This document shows positions 1 through 11,300 of a stretch of DNA of 64,000 bases, piece after piece. Both the position numbers and the translations under genes were made by a program. Every line of letters begins with the position of its first letter. Within the stretch, counting starts at the first letter, position 1. This DNA is from Caulobacterales bacterium (GTDB lineage Bacteria; Pseudomonadota; Alphaproteobacteria; Caulobacterales; Caulobacteraceae): positions 12,214 through 76,213 of the forward strand of contig JBBRPN010000002.1 in NCBI GenBank assembly GCA_038227925.1, given 5' to 3'. The notes below the pieces were generated by a model, which searched no databases, was not told where the DNA came from, and worked only from the letters and a program-made list of their open reading frames with translations.

Positions 1-1056
1 GGCGACCGGGTACTGATCAAGCGGCCAATCCCGGCAGAGGCGCTCGGCGATCTGGGCCGCCACGTCGGCGCGCCCGAGGGCCAGATTGGCCTGGCACAGG
101 GTCGAATTGACCGGTCCGTCGTTCGGGGCGATGGCCAGGGCCTGCTCCGCATACGCAAGGGCAAGCGCGGGGTCGTCGACAACCGAGAGCCGGGAGGCGG
201 TGATCAGGAGCCGGGGCTCGCCGCGGTGGTCCTGCGGCGCGCCCAGCGCGGCGCGGGCGCCGCGCAGGTCGCCGGCGTACTCCATCAGCCTGGATTTGGC
301 GTAGGCCAGGGGGGCGCTCCACCGGCTTGCGGCGAGCGCGACGTCGAGCGCCTCGCTGGCCTCGGCGAGGTTCTCCGTGCGCATCCAGATGAGTTGCGCC
401 AACTCCTCATGCGCCTCGGCGAAGGCCGGCCGCCGCCGGATGGCCTGGCGAAACGCGTCCTCGGCGGCCTCATATTCGCCAAGGCCTTGCAGAGAGCGGC
501 CGCGCACCAGCCAGGTCTCCGGGGCGTCCAGACCCTTGGCGAAGGCGCGGCGGGTGGCCGCTTCGCTCTCGGCAAAGCGGTGCGCATCGCCGAGCACGCC
601 GGCATGGTTGTGCTCGGCCACGCCGCTGGCCGGCGCGGCCAGAACGGCGCGGCCGTAGGCGTCGGCCGACTCGTCGAGGCGGCCGAGCGCCTTCAGCGCC
701 ATGCCGTATTCCGTGAGCAAATCCACGTCGATGTCCGCCGCGCCGACAAAGGGCGCCAAGATTTCGAGCGACTCGTGGGGCCGGCGCGAGGCCGTCAGGC
801 GGGCCGCGAGCTTGGTCGCCGCGGAGGCCATGCCCGGATCGCATGTCAGGGCCGCTCGCAGTTCGGCCATGGCCCCGACCCCGTCGCCGGCGGCCTCGAG
901 CCCCGCGGCAAGCACATAGTGGGCCATGGCGGCGCCTGGACGCTCGGCGATCAACGCGCGCAATGCGCCGATGCCCTGACCGGTGCGCCCCGCGCGCAGC
1001 AGGCCAAGCGCCGCATCCAGAGCCGCGCTGTCGGCGTCGGTCAGTGCGTCGGCCAC
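1..1056 (-). CDS. TPR-repeat protein, 3' end outside the window; probably TPR plus a C-terminal 2OG-Fe(II) oxygenase domain
   Basis: Not in the ORF track because it has no stop in the window. Manual translation from GTG 1056 is open to base 1 (MADALTDADSAALDAALGLL...YGMALKALGRLDESADAYGRA...AEDAFRQAIRRRPAFAEAHEELAQLIW), with a TPR pattern. The C-terminal domain is inferred from context only. Confidence 0.75.
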   Translation of the reverse strand, partial: MADALTDADSAALDAALGLLRAGRTGQGIGALRALIAERPGAAMAHYVLAAGLEAAGDGVGAMAELRAALTCDPGMASAATKLAARLTASRRPHESLEILAPFVGAADIDVDLLTEYGMALKALGRLDESADAYGRAVLAAPASGVAEHNHAGVLGDAHRFAESEAATRRAFAKGLDAPETWLVRGRSLQGLGEYEAAEDAFRQAIRRRPAFAEAHEELAQLIWMRTENLAEASEALDVALAASRWSAPLAYAKSRLMEYAGDLRGARAALGAPQDHRGEPRLLITASRLSVVDDPALALAYAEQALAIAPNDGPVNSTLCQANLALGRADVAAQIAERLCRDWPLDQYPVA

Positions 1057-1087
1057 GGATCACGCGCCGCAGGATTCCAGAAGCTCG

Positions 1088-2290
1088 TCATAGGCGGGCG
1101 CCGAGGGGGGGGGCGCCGTTGAAGCGATCCATGGCGGCCGTCACCCGGGCGACCAAGTCGCGCTCGTCCGGCGACAGGCGGGGACTCCAGACATCGCAGA
1201 TCAGGATGGCGCGCGGCTCGTCGCTCTCGTTCCACGCCTCATGTTCGATGGTGTCGTCGAACACCCACGCCTCGCCCTCGCGCCATTGCCGTGTTTCGCC
1301 GCCGACACGAAAACCGCAGCCCTCCGGCACGATCAATGGAAGATGAACCACTAGGCGGGTGTTGGCGACCCCCGTGTGCGGAGGGATCCGGGTTTTCGGC
1401 CTGAGAATGGAAAACATCGCCGAGGGCGAGCGCCCAGGTATTCTCGGCTGATCCACCAGCGCCAGCGCCGCCATGGTGGCGGGGCAGCGGCGACAGTTGG
1501 CCTCTACCGGCGTTCCGTCGAGGACCAGATGAAAAGCGCTCCAGCTCAACGAGCGGTTGAGCTGCGCCCACTGATCCAAAGGCGCGCCGTCGGCGTAATT
1601 CACGTAGGGCACGAGGGCCGGCGATCCATCGGCCCATACCGATAGGACCTCGGAGCGGATATCCTGCGTGCGCGCCTCAAGGGCTTCCAGCCAGGGAAAT
1701 TCATCGCGCTCATGGAATTCGACGGCGGCGAGACCCGGATAGTGAAACTGAACCGGCTCCTGATGGAAGATCTTTCGCCGCCCGACGATCGCCTCGATGA
1801 AGGTCTCCGCGCGCCGGGTCTCCGCCGAGGCGCCGAGCCCGGCGCCGAGCCCGGCTTCCGCTTTCAGACTGGCGGCCAGTTCGCCAACATAGGCGTCGTG
1901 CACCTGCCTGGCGTGGTCCATGGCCCGTCGGGTGGGCTCGGAAACGCTTTCGCGGGCCGGAGCGAGTAGCAGCGCCGTTCCGTAGGCCGTGGCCGCCTGT
2001 TTCCCATTACCCAGAGACTCGAGGAGCGACGCCTTCATCAAGAGCGCCGGAAAGAATCGCGGATTTATGCCCAGCGCTGCCTCCACGGCCGCCAACGACG
2101 CCTCGGCCTCACCGAGCGCCCGCCGGCACGCCGCCAAGCCTATCCATAGATCCACCCGGCCAGGGGACGGGGCGAGAGCGACGGCGCGCTCGAACAAATC
2201 CCTCGCCGCGCGCGGATCGGCGCGGGTCATGGCGCGATCGGCGGCCGCCTTGAGGGCGGCGGCGGTCGCGTCGCTGGAAACCGAGATCAT
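1088..2290 (-). CDS. TPR plus aspartyl/asparaginyl beta-hydroxylase domain protein
   Basis: N-terminal TPRs. C-terminal AspH motifs AMFSILRPKTRIPPHTG, HLPLIVP, WREGEAWVFDDTIEHEAWN and RAILICDVW. Confidence 0.9.
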   Translation of the reverse strand: MISVSSDATAAALKAAADRAMTRADPRAARDLFERAVALAPSPGRVDLWIGLAACRRALGEAEASLAAVEAALGINPRFFPALLMKASLLESLGNGKQAATAYGTALLLAPARESVSEPTRRAMDHARQVHDAYVGELAASLKAEAGLGAGLGASAETRRAETFIEAIVGRRKIFHQEPVQFHYPGLAAVEFHERDEFPWLEALEARTQDIRSEVLSVWADGSPALVPYVNYADGAPLDQWAQLNRSLSWSAFHLVLDGTPVEANCRRCPATMAALALVDQPRIPGRSPSAMFSILRPKTRIPPHTGVANTRLVVHLPLIVPEGCGFRVGGETRQWREGEAWVFDDTIEHEAWNESDEPRAILICDVWSPRLSPDERDLVARVTAAMDRFNGAPPLGARL

Positions 2291-2393
2291 CTTACTCCGC
2301 GCTATGGGGCATGACAGCCTCGAATCGAGGAGAGGCGGGACTGGAAATAGGATCTACTCTCTTCAATCCAGACCAGAAAGCCTGGCCGTGGCC

Positions 2394-3491
2394 CTACGGC
2401 CCGGCGGTCACGCCGAATGTGCGATCGTGTATCCACTGCGACAGCACCCACTTCTCCCCTTTCGTAACCACAAGTCCCGCGTGCAAGCTCAGAGGGTCCT
2501 GCTTCCCGGAAGGATCGACATGGGCGAAGTAAACCGCATCGCCCTTCGCGCCCTTGCATTTGTACCCCACCTTGGGAAATTCGAGATCTCCACCTTCGAA
2601 GTCATCGTTGAGGTAGAGGATCAAGGTGACGATGCGATCGCCCAGATAGCCGCCTTCCTTGCCGTAGCCCTCCACCGCATTGCCGATGCGGTCGTAATGC
2701 GGCTTGATACCCTCGCCCAGCGCGTAATGAAATATGCGCGGCGGCTCCATGAAGACGGTCGGCAATTTGGTGAGGCGTGAAACCCGCTCGCGCAGCAGCA
2801 GGAGCACGAGATCGGTCTTTAGGATGTCGAACTGAAAATCGCTGCAGGTCCGGTGCGGATCGATGTTTTCGGTCTTGGTGGCGCCGTCGTACATCATCGC
2901 CGGGCGCAACCGCCCGCGCGCCTTCTCGCGCAGCCAGTCGCAGACCGCTCCGCTGGCGACGCCCTTGGCGAAACGAATGCGCGGCGCCTCGCACAGCGCC
3001 TCGCGCGGCGGGGGGGTGGTCCATGCCTCGATGTCGATCCGGTCACGCAGATCGCCCCACATGTCGGGATTTTCCGCGTCGCTGGCAGCATCGCGTGGCG
3101 AGTTGGCGAGCAGGCGCAGCTGGGCGCGAGCGTTGTCCGAGCCGAGGCTGGCCGCCCGCTGCAAATGGTCCAGGCCGGCGGTCCAGCTTGGAGGGGCCAT
3201 GACCCCGGCCGCCTCGAGCGTCGCAAGAATAGTCAGGGCGTCGGCGTCATCCCGCTCGGCGGCGGATGAGATGTAGGCCACGCCCTCCTTGAGGTTGAAC
3301 GGGGCGCGGTCGCCGATCATCAGCCGAGAGCCTAGCTGGGTCATCGCCGCGGCGTCGCCCAGGGCGGCCAGGCGGCGAAGCTCGGCCACGCCCTCCTCAT
3401 GGCGATCTTTCAAATCCAATTCGTGCGCCCGTTCGAGGCGCGCCTCGGCGCGATCGGAAGGCAGGTGGGTGGTGACTTCTTCGAGGTCCAA
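2394..3491 (-). CDS. Sel1/TPR-like repeat plus prolyl-4-hydroxylase-like 2OG-Fe(II) oxygenase
   Basis: HxD (PHYD), RIVTLILYLNDDFEGGDLEFP, LHAG and KWVLSQWI. Helical-repeat N-terminus. TTG start uncertain. Confidence 0.85.
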   Translation of the reverse strand: MDLEEVTTHLPSDRAEARLERAHELDLKDRHEEGVAELRRLAALGDAAAMTQLGSRLMIGDRAPFNLKEGVAYISSAAERDDADALTILATLEAAGVMAPPSWTAGLDHLQRAASLGSDNARAQLRLLANSPRDAASDAENPDMWGDLRDRIDIEAWTTPPPREALCEAPRIRFAKGVASGAVCDWLREKARGRLRPAMMYDGATKTENIDPHRTCSDFQFDILKTDLVLLLLRERVSRLTKLPTVFMEPPRIFHYALGEGIKPHYDRIGNAVEGYGKEGGYLGDRIVTLILYLNDDFEGGDLEFPKVGYKCKGAKGDAVYFAHVDPSGKQDPLSLHAGLVVTKGEKWVLSQWIHDRTFGVTAGP

Positions 3492-3602
3492 GAAATCAAT
3501 AACCTTTTGATATTACGTGGTTTCCTTGCATCAAGGTCGTATCGATTTTCGCCGCCTCCAGCGGTTGTGTCAAGCAGACCGTAACATCGCGGCGCGGGCC
3601 GG

Positions 3603-4586
3603 TCACAGAACGACGCGGTTGCGTATCCATTGCGACAGCAGCCACTTTTGACCGCTCGTCGGCGCCAGGCCTTCATGCAGGGTTCGCCGATCGGGCGCGC
3701 CCGAAGGATCGAGATTGCCGAAATAGAGCGCATCGCCCGCCCCGCCCCGCCGCCGCAGGGCCAGGTGGGGAAAGTCGGTCTCGCCGCCCTCGAATTCGGC
3801 GTTGATATAGACAAGGAAGGTCACCGCCCGCTGGCCGCGCGCGGCGATATCGGCGGCGTGGGCGAGGAGTCCCGGATCGAGCCAGTCGTGATGGCGAGCG
3901 AAACGTTGACCAACGTCATAGTGAAGCACCTGGGGAGGCTCCAGCGCACCCACCGGCACCCCGATGGTCGCCGCGATGCGGGTCCTGGCCATCAGCATCA
4001 CCATGTCCAGATCGAGGAAGCTGAATTCGAACGCGCTGTTGGTCCGTCCCGCGTCTCCCGGGGCGGCCTTAGCGTTCGCCCCATAGACCTTCGCGGGGGC
4101 CAGGTGCGGGGCGGCCCGGCCGATGATCCACGCGCAGATGGGAGCGGAAAGAAATCCCTCGATGACCACGACGCGCGGCGAGGTGGAAAGGACCTGCTTT
4201 GCGCATGGCGCCGTCCAACCCTCCACGCGAACCGACTCGAGCAGCGCGAGCCACTCCCGTGGATCGGCCGTATCGGGATCGACGGCCGGACCGCCGCGGA
4301 GCGCGTCCGCCGCCAGCACGGCCAGCTGCCCCCGCGCGGCGGGCGAGCCGGCAACCGCGCCGGCGAGCAAATGGTCGAGGGCCTGGCTCCAATCTTGCCG
4401 GACGCCCACGCCCATCCCCAGGAGGACCGCCATCAGGCAGTGCGCCTCCGCCTCCCCACCGCGGATGGCGGCGTGGAGGGCCTCCAATCCATGGGCGATC
4501 GCCTGGGGGGAGTTCCCCGCCAGGTACTCGCGGGCTCGGGCCAGCCTGGCGCCGGTCGGGGAGACTTGGCCAGATGCGCGCTCCAC
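3603..4586 (-). CDS. Sel1/TPR-like repeat plus prolyl-4-hydroxylase-like 2OG-Fe(II) oxygenase (paralog of 2394-3491)
   Basis: EPPQVLHYDVGQRFARHHD, TFLVYINAEFEGGETDFP, LHEG and KWLLSQWIR. Confidence 0.85.
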   Translation of the reverse strand: MERASGQVSPTGARLARAREYLAGNSPQAIAHGLEALHAAIRGGEAEAHCLMAVLLGMGVGVRQDWSQALDHLLAGAVAGSPAARGQLAVLAADALRGGPAVDPDTADPREWLALLESVRVEGWTAPCAKQVLSTSPRVVVIEGFLSAPICAWIIGRAAPHLAPAKVYGANAKAAPGDAGRTNSAFEFSFLDLDMVMLMARTRIAATIGVPVGALEPPQVLHYDVGQRFARHHDWLDPGLLAHAADIAARGQRAVTFLVYINAEFEGGETDFPHLALRRRGGAGDALYFGNLDPSGAPDRRTLHEGLAPTSGQKWLLSQWIRNRVVL

Positions 4587-4623
4587 GTTTTCAATCCTTC
4601 CGTCGGAACGTTCGATCAGGGTC

Positions 4624-6276
4624 TCAATTCACCGGGTAGCCAAACCGTTCGACCCACGGCGTCAAGGTGAACATCACCGGCGCCAGCTCGGCGCGATATC
4701 GCCGCCACTGCCGGGCGCCTTCCGAATAAAGGCCGCGAGCGATCTGCGCCGAACTCGCGCTGGCCACTTCTCCGCGTTGCGCGCGCTCTGAAAAGTCTAT
4801 CAGGTCGGATCGCCAGTCGGCGCCGATGAAGGCGCAGACCGCCCTCGCCTGGGCTTCAAAGTCTTCGACCAGCTTTTCGTAGACGAGGATGTGTTCGTCC
4901 ATCGGTTGTATATCCCTGAATATTTCCGCCAATCTCATGGTCCGATCATACACGATTGCCGTTCTGTTCAGATCGAGGAATTCATAAGTTGACGCGTTCA
5001 AGATGAAACGGCGGCGAAAACAACTTAGCACCACGTCGCGAGGATCCCTGATCGCGAAAATCACCTTTGCGTTGGGGAAGAGCTTGCAAATGACGGGCAA
5101 TTTCATCGCATTAAACGGATTTTTGTCGATGAAGATCTTATCGGCGGGATCAACACCAAAGCCCTTCACGCGCGCCCAGTAGTCGTCGCGGTACGATTGC
5201 AGATCGCGGCCGGCCATGCTCACCAGCCGCGAGGCCGCCGCAGGCTCGCCCAGAAACGCCAAAACCGCTTCGTTGAGCGTATTTCGCTCTTCCAGGGAGA
5301 CGACCTTGGGATGGCCGACGAGGATGCTCTCGATCAGGCTGGTGCCGGTCCGTGGAAAGCCCAGGAGAAAAACATGTTGAAGTTCGCCCGCTTGGCTCCG
5401 CTTGGCCGCGGCACTCCTTCTCCAGCGCTGACCATCAAGCCCCTCGGCCCACGAAACAAGCCAAGCCAGGGTGTCGCCCACGGTCGGCTGACCGGCCACC
5501 TCGAAGCGCGGCGCGGCCTCGCCTCGAAAGACCGCGTTGCTTTGCATGTAGGCGGCGAAGGCCTCGGCGGGTCGATCCAGGGCGTCGAGGACATCACCAA
5601 GCTGGCCGAGAGCCACGGCGCGATCGAAGGGCGCCAACGGCGGCCCGGCCATGAGACGGCGCAGACGGTCTTCGGCGACCAGCGGTTGGCCCAGTTCGAT
5701 GTCGGCGAGCGCCAGGATGGCCGTGGGATGACCCGGCTGCATCGCCAGGGCTTGATCCGCGTGCGCCCGGGTGGCCTCGGCGTCGCCACGCCGCGCCGCG
5801 AGATGGGCCATGTTCGCCCAGGCCTGGGCATTCTGCGGATTGAGTTCCGCCGCCCTGGCATAGGACTGGGCGGCCTTGGCTGATTCCCCGAGGCGCTCCA
5901 GCACCCAGGCGCGATTGAACCAGGCCGGGCCGAAATCCGGCTGCATCGCGACAACGCGATCGTAGCATTGGAGGGCTTCCTCCGGCCGTTCCATCCGCGC
6001 CAGACACAGGCCGCATCCATTCAAGATGGCGTAGTCGGTCGGCGCAAGGAAATGGGCCCGGCGCAAATCGGCAAGCGCGTCCTCGAACCGCCTTTCCTCC
6101 TCGTAGCCCAGAGCCCTCAGATTGAGCAGGACAGGATGCTCGATTCCGTGCGAAAGCGCATCGCAGGCGAGCTGCTTGGCGCTCTCGAGATCGCCCGACC
6201 TAACGGCCGCGAACACGCCTTCCACGGTTTCTGCCCGCTCCGCCGCGCCAGGCGAATGGGCCACCTCGACGGTCAT
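4624..6276 (-). CDS. TPR-containing sulfotransferase (Sulfotransfer_3/TPST-like)
   Basis: TPRs followed by the PAPS-binding motifs FLLGFPRTGTSLIE (5'-PSB) and RDPRDVVLSCF (3'-PB), plus YEKLVED. Confidence 0.9.
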   Translation of the reverse strand: MTVEVAHSPGAAERAETVEGVFAAVRSGDLESAKQLACDALSHGIEHPVLLNLRALGYEEERRFEDALADLRRAHFLAPTDYAILNGCGLCLARMERPEEALQCYDRVVAMQPDFGPAWFNRAWVLERLGESAKAAQSYARAAELNPQNAQAWANMAHLAARRGDAEATRAHADQALAMQPGHPTAILALADIELGQPLVAEDRLRRLMAGPPLAPFDRAVALGQLGDVLDALDRPAEAFAAYMQSNAVFRGEAAPRFEVAGQPTVGDTLAWLVSWAEGLDGQRWRRSAAAKRSQAGELQHVFLLGFPRTGTSLIESILVGHPKVVSLEERNTLNEAVLAFLGEPAAASRLVSMAGRDLQSYRDDYWARVKGFGVDPADKIFIDKNPFNAMKLPVICKLFPNAKVIFAIRDPRDVVLSCFRRRFILNASTYEFLDLNRTAIVYDRTMRLAEIFRDIQPMDEHILVYEKLVEDFEAQARAVCAFIGADWRSDLIDFSERAQRGEVASASSAQIARGLYSEGARQWRRYRAELAPVMFTLTPWVERFGYPVN

Positions 6277-6370
6277 GGTTCAGGACGGTCCGCTGAAGGG
6301 TTGGCCCACCAAAAGGGGACGTCGTGGCCCAGCGCAAGTCCCGGCCATCCAGGTCGCCCCCGGAAGGCAG

Positions 6371-6434
6371 GGAGCGCGGGCTTCCAGCCCGCCCGCGCCA
6401 GCTTCGGAAGTTGCGGGCTGGAAGCCCGCGTTCC
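6371..6434. repeat. REP-like inverted repeat pair (GGAGCGCGGGCTTCCAGCCCGC)
   Basis: 22-nt arms at 6371-6392 and 6413-6434 with one mismatch. The same motif recurs at 57365-57479. Confidence 0.8.
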
Positions 6435-6521
6435 TCGAGGAGGGGAAGGCGACCACGGGTGGCCAAGGACGGGCCTGCGAAGGCGGGGAAAAGGATTGCG
6501 CTTCATACCGGCCCCCCAAGC

Positions 6522-8174
6522 TTACGCGGCCGCATAGCCGAACGCTTCGATCCAGGGCTGAAGAATCGGGAGTGCCGGTTCGAGCGCGAAATCATAGCGG
6601 CGCCATTGATCGACGCCTTCGCTGTAGAGACCGCGGCCGACCTGGGTGCTGCTCGGCGTCGCAATCCTCCTGGAACGCGCGGTTTGGGCAAAATTCGCCA
6701 GGTCCGCGGTCCATTCCACGCTCAGGAAGTCGCAGAGGGCGCGGCAGTTTCCCTCGAAATCGGCCACCAGATCTTCATAGCGAAGGCGATGCACCGCGAT
6801 AGGCAGCCTGTCGAAATAGACTTTGGCGGCGTTCATCATGATGTCGTAATATTTCGCCGCGCCGACAATCGTATTGAATTCGTACATCGCGATGTTCTGT
6901 TTGAATCCGCGCCTAAAACAGCTGAGCACCACGTCGCGCGGATCGCGCATGGCGAAAATCACCTTGGCGTCGGGAAACACCTTGCTGATCAGCGGCAGGT
7001 TGCGAGTGTGCAGCGGATGCTTGTCCACGAATACCTTGCCGGTGGGATCGACGCCGAATTCACGGACCCGCTTCCAGTACGACTCTCGGAAAGGCTCCAG
7101 CAGATCGCCAACGACCTGCGCCAGCCGCTTCACGCCTCCGGCCCGGAGGAACTCCAGCTCGGCGGCGACGAGAAGTGGGCGCTCGCCCACGGTATCGATG
7201 TCGGGATGGGTCGCCAGCACCTGTTCGAGCAGGGTCGTGCCGGATCTAGGGAAGCCAAGCAGAAAGACGTGGCCCCTTTCCTCGCCGCGAACCGGGCGGG
7301 GCTGGGGAGCGGACCACGCCTCCTTGGGCGTTTCGAGGAATTCGGCGAGAATTGCGGCGGCGATCTCCGGCGCCGTGCCTTTCCCCGGGCGATCGAAGAC
7401 CTGGGCGTGTTGCTCGCGGAGCTCCGCCTTGCCTTCGACGTAGGCATCGTAGGCCTCGCGGTATCGCCCCGCGCCGTCGAGCGCGTCGCCCAGCATGATG
7501 CGCGCATTGGCGCGGGCCAGCGGTTTGAGGTGGGGGATGTCGATGATCTGCCGCAACCGACGCTCCGCGGCGCCGAAATCAGAAACGCCAATTTCGATCC
7601 GGGCCAGATTCATCGGGGCGTCCGTCTGCCTGTCGTTGAGCACGATGGCGCGTTCCGCATAGGACCTCGCCGCCTCCCAGTTGCGCCGGCGCACCTCAAG
7701 GCCCGACAGGCCGGCCAAGGCGTCGGCAAGGCCCGGATCGAGCTGGAGCGCCCGCTTGAAGCCGGACTCGGCCGAATCCAATGCTCCCATATTTTCGGCC
7801 GCCCAGCCGTAGCCATAGCTGGCTTGCGCCGACGTCGGATCTAGCTTCACCGCCACTTCGAACACTTGAGCGGCCTCCTGTTGGCGGTCGAGCTCCATCA
7901 GGCAGAATCCCACCGTGGTCATGATCCCAGCATCGTCAGGGCTGAGTTCGAGCCCCCGTCCCAGTTCGACGATCGCCTCCTCGAATCTGCCGGCTTCCTT
8001 CAGGCCAATTCCCACCAAGTGTTGCACGAACGGACTGACGATGCCGTCAGCCTTGGCTTCCCGCGCTAGGTTGATGGCGGCGGGCATGTCGCTCTGGGCG
8101 ACGCGCCAGATCTCGGCCAGACGTGAGGCCTCGGCGTCGGCGGGCGGGTTGGCGGGGGTTGGCCTCAGGGCCAT
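6522..8174 (-). CDS. TPR-containing sulfotransferase (paralog of 4624-6276)
   Basis: FLLGFPRSGTTLLEQVL, RDPRDVVLSCF, LRYEDLVAD and multiple TPRs. ATG 8174 preferred over the 8252 start. Confidence 0.9.
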   Translation of the reverse strand: MALRPTPANPPADAEASRLAEIWRVAQSDMPAAINLAREAKADGIVSPFVQHLVGIGLKEAGRFEEAIVELGRGLELSPDDAGIMTTVGFCLMELDRQQEAAQVFEVAVKLDPTSAQASYGYGWAAENMGALDSAESGFKRALQLDPGLADALAGLSGLEVRRRNWEAARSYAERAIVLNDRQTDAPMNLARIEIGVSDFGAAERRLRQIIDIPHLKPLARANARIMLGDALDGAGRYREAYDAYVEGKAELREQHAQVFDRPGKGTAPEIAAAILAEFLETPKEAWSAPQPRPVRGEERGHVFLLGFPRSGTTLLEQVLATHPDIDTVGERPLLVAAELEFLRAGGVKRLAQVVGDLLEPFRESYWKRVREFGVDPTGKVFVDKHPLHTRNLPLISKVFPDAKVIFAMRDPRDVVLSCFRRGFKQNIAMYEFNTIVGAAKYYDIMMNAAKVYFDRLPIAVHRLRYEDLVADFEGNCRALCDFLSVEWTADLANFAQTARSRRIATPSSTQVGRGLYSEGVDQWRRYDFALEPALPILQPWIEAFGYAAA

Positions 8175-8310
8175 CGAAGGCGTCTCTCGCTGCAGCGCTC
8201 TGGCCCACCCGACGAGCGGACGGACGCTAGTCGTGCCGGCCCAGGCAAGCAAGGGCGGGGGTGGCGAGACGCGCCGCGCGCCGGAAAGCCAGCGATCACG
8301 CCGGGCCGTG

Positions 8311-8360
8311 AAAAAGGCCTGGGCCAGCCCTGATCTTGCGGGATCAGGTCTGGCCCAGGG
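8311..8360 (-). terminator. Intrinsic terminator downstream of the TonB-dependent receptor
   Basis: Long GC hairpin (CCTGGGCCAGACCTGATC...GATCAGGGCTGGCCCAGG) followed by CCTTTTT on the minus strand. Confidence 0.7.
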
Positions 8361-8385
8361 ATAGAATAGGCTGATTAGGCCGTGG

Positions 8386-11300
8386 CTAGAAGTCGGCGGT
8401 CAGGCCCAGGAAGAGCACCCGGCCCAATGGGTCGAACACCTGGGGGTAAGTGTTAGCGTTGCCGAAGGGCGGCCCCGAGATGCCGAAGCTGTTGGTATCC
8501 AGCAGCGGCGGGGTCCTGTCGAACACGTTGTTCACACCACCGCGGAAGGTGTAGCGGTCCTTGAGCTTATAGGTAAACGCGAGATCAAAGTAGCTGAAGG
8601 ACGGAATGCGCGCGTCGGACGGGAACTTGTCCTTGAGCCCGTTCTGCAAGCCCGGCTGATTGGTGTTGATGTCGAGCGTCGTGGGGCTGAGGTAGCGCCA
8701 ATTGGCCGACAAGGTCAGATTCCACGGTGTATTCCAACTGACCCGGAACTGATGGCGCCACTTGGGCGTCGGCGTACCGCAGGTCAATCCATAGAGTCCG
8801 GCGCAATCGTAGGTTGTGGAAGAGACTCCCCCGGTACCCGACGCCAGTATGGTCGTCTTCAGGTCATGCACCCAGGTGCCGGTGAAGTTCAAGTCCAGCG
8901 ATCCCACGTCCGGCATATGCATGTCCGCCAGAGAGAGGCGATAGTCGGCATTCACGTCGATGCCGCTGGTCTTCAGCGAGCCGACGTTCACCAAGGGCGT
9001 AAAGACCGACCCGAGGCCGAGGCCGCCGAAGATGCCGTAGCTATTGACCGAATAGCGGCTGATCAAGTTGCAGTAGGTTGGGTCGCCGTTCACCGCACAC
9101 TGTTGAAAGATCAGGGGGAGCGGCAGGGTGACGATCGCGTGGTCGACGGTGACGTTGAAATAATCCACCGTCACGCTAAGGCCGTGGAAGAAGGTGGGTA
9201 TAAACACGGCGCCGACCGACCACGTCTTGCCAGTCTCAGGGGTGAGATTTGGATTGCCGCCCGCCAGATCCCCGCATTGGCCGGAAATGCACTGCGTGAT
9301 GTTTCCGTAAACCGGCACCGCGCCAGGGTTGGGATTGATCGGGTTGCCGGCGCTTCCCGTGCTCGTGATGTCAGCGAGAATCTGCGCCGCGGTCAAAGCC
9401 GGGAAGTTCTTCTGGAACGTGTTGGCGCATTGGGCCGCCGTGAAGCTCGGCGCCCCACCGGCGCACGGATCGGTCCCGACGACGAGCCCGGGCGACACGG
9501 GCAGGAAAAGTTCCTGCACATTTGGGGCGCGCACCGCGCGCTCATACGAACCACGCAGCTTGAAGTCCGGAACGATCTGCCAGTCGAGGCCCAGCTTATA
9601 GGTGCTGTTCCCGCCGCCCGAGGTATAGTCCGAATAGCGGTAGCCGCCCTCAAAGGTCAGATCCTTGAACGCGGGCATATTCTGGATGAGCGGGATACGC
9701 ACCTCGCCGAACACGTCCTTGTCGCTCTGCGATCCAGTGGTGTCCGGGATCGAGCCGCCGGCGCCGGCCAGGTCACCGCTCTGGATGGAAGAGTCGAACC
9801 GGGTCTGCAAATACTCCCGCCGGTATTCGGCGCCGATCGAGACGCCGGCTCCCTCGGTCGCCCATGGCGATTTCATGCCGTATTGGCCCAGATCGCCGGC
9901 GATGCTTCCGGTGACCACCTGCTGGGTGGTGTAGCCAGTGCTGATGCCCGTTCCATCGAGATAGTTGAGCGCGGCGGGCGTGACGCCGCCCGGCGACCAC
10001 AGGTTGTAGGGAACGCACTTGGGATCGGCGCCGCCTGGCAGCGCGGAGACGCAGACCGGCTGGCCGGCGTTGGGCAGACCGGCGGGCGCCGTAACCACAT
10101 CCAGAGCATTGAGGAGGTGTGAATAGAGGAAATAGCCGCCGGTGATGGAGGTGAGCACTGACTTCCCGTACTGGCCAGAAATATCGTAGGTCCAGCCCGA
10201 GCCGAGATCCCCCTTCGAACCGAACACGACCCGATAGTCCTGGTGTTCGATGTCGGACGTCCGACCGGGGCCTTCGATGTTGCGGCGCCCGATGAGGGCC
10301 GTGGTAACGGCGTCGGTGCCGGCAGCCGCGCCGCACAGGGTGTTGGCTTGGGCGGAGGAAAGCAACGGATCGTTGCAGGGGATGTTGAAGTTCCTGTCGG
10401 CGTAGAACGATCCCGACGGGGCGATCTGGGCCACCGTGTGATCGTCCATGAACATAAAGCTCGAATAGAGATCGACCATGGGGTTGATCTCGTAGTGCGA
10501 GAACTCACCGGCGTTGTAACGAATGTCCGGCCGCTGGATATAGTTCAGCGGCGCGAAGTTATAGCGTTGGCCATTAGAGAACGGCTGCAGCACTCCGCCC
10601 ACCGGCGGCAGAAGAATATCGAAGCTATGGCCGAAATTCGCGCCGGCCAGGGGGCTCGTCGGACTAATCCGTCCGGTGGCGTCCGTCGACGAGCCGCCGC
10701 AATACTGCAGCTTGGTGTAGCTGGTGTCGGTCGCCAGACCGCAGGTACTCCAGTCGTACTTGGCCTCGAGCACCGGCTGTATCGAGGTGTACGCCATATA
10801 GAACTCGACGTTACCCTTGTCGTCGGGCGAATTGGCCCCACCGGTGATGGTGACCGTGTTGCGGTTGCCGGTCCAGACCGTGCCCGAGGGGAAGGTCAGA
10901 GGCGGAAAGCCGATGCTTTTAGCTCCAGCGGCGCTGGCGTCGCGGACCTGCCGGTTGCTGTTGTTATGCTCGCCAATCGAGCTCTCGGCGTCGATCTGGA
11001 GACCCTGGAAGTTGCGCTTCATGATGAAGTTCACCACGCCGGCCACCGCGTCCGAACCATAGACCGCCGAGGCTCCGCCAGTGAGGACTTCAACCCTCTC
11101 GATCAAAGGAGCCGGAATGAAGTTCAGGTCGGCCACCGGAACCAAGGGGTCGCCCGGCTGCACGCGTTTGCCGTCGATCAGCACCAGGGTGCGGGTGTTG
11201 CCGAGGCCGCGCAAATCGACCGTGGCCGTGCCGCTCGATCCGTTGGACTCGAACTGGCCGAAGTCGGCGAACGCCTGGGGCAGATTGTTGATCAGGTCTT

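Noticed and set aside
3492-3602. AT-rich spacer between the two oxygenase genes as an att site or sRNA
   Set aside because: Only a weak inverted repeat and no second copy in the window; may just be an internal promoter.
6277-6521. Possible RiPP precursor peptide between the two sulfotransferases
   Set aside because: The short ORFs here are translations of REP-like palindromes, with no SD or leader/core pattern. No precursor is visible elsewhere in the cluster, though it could lie outside the window.
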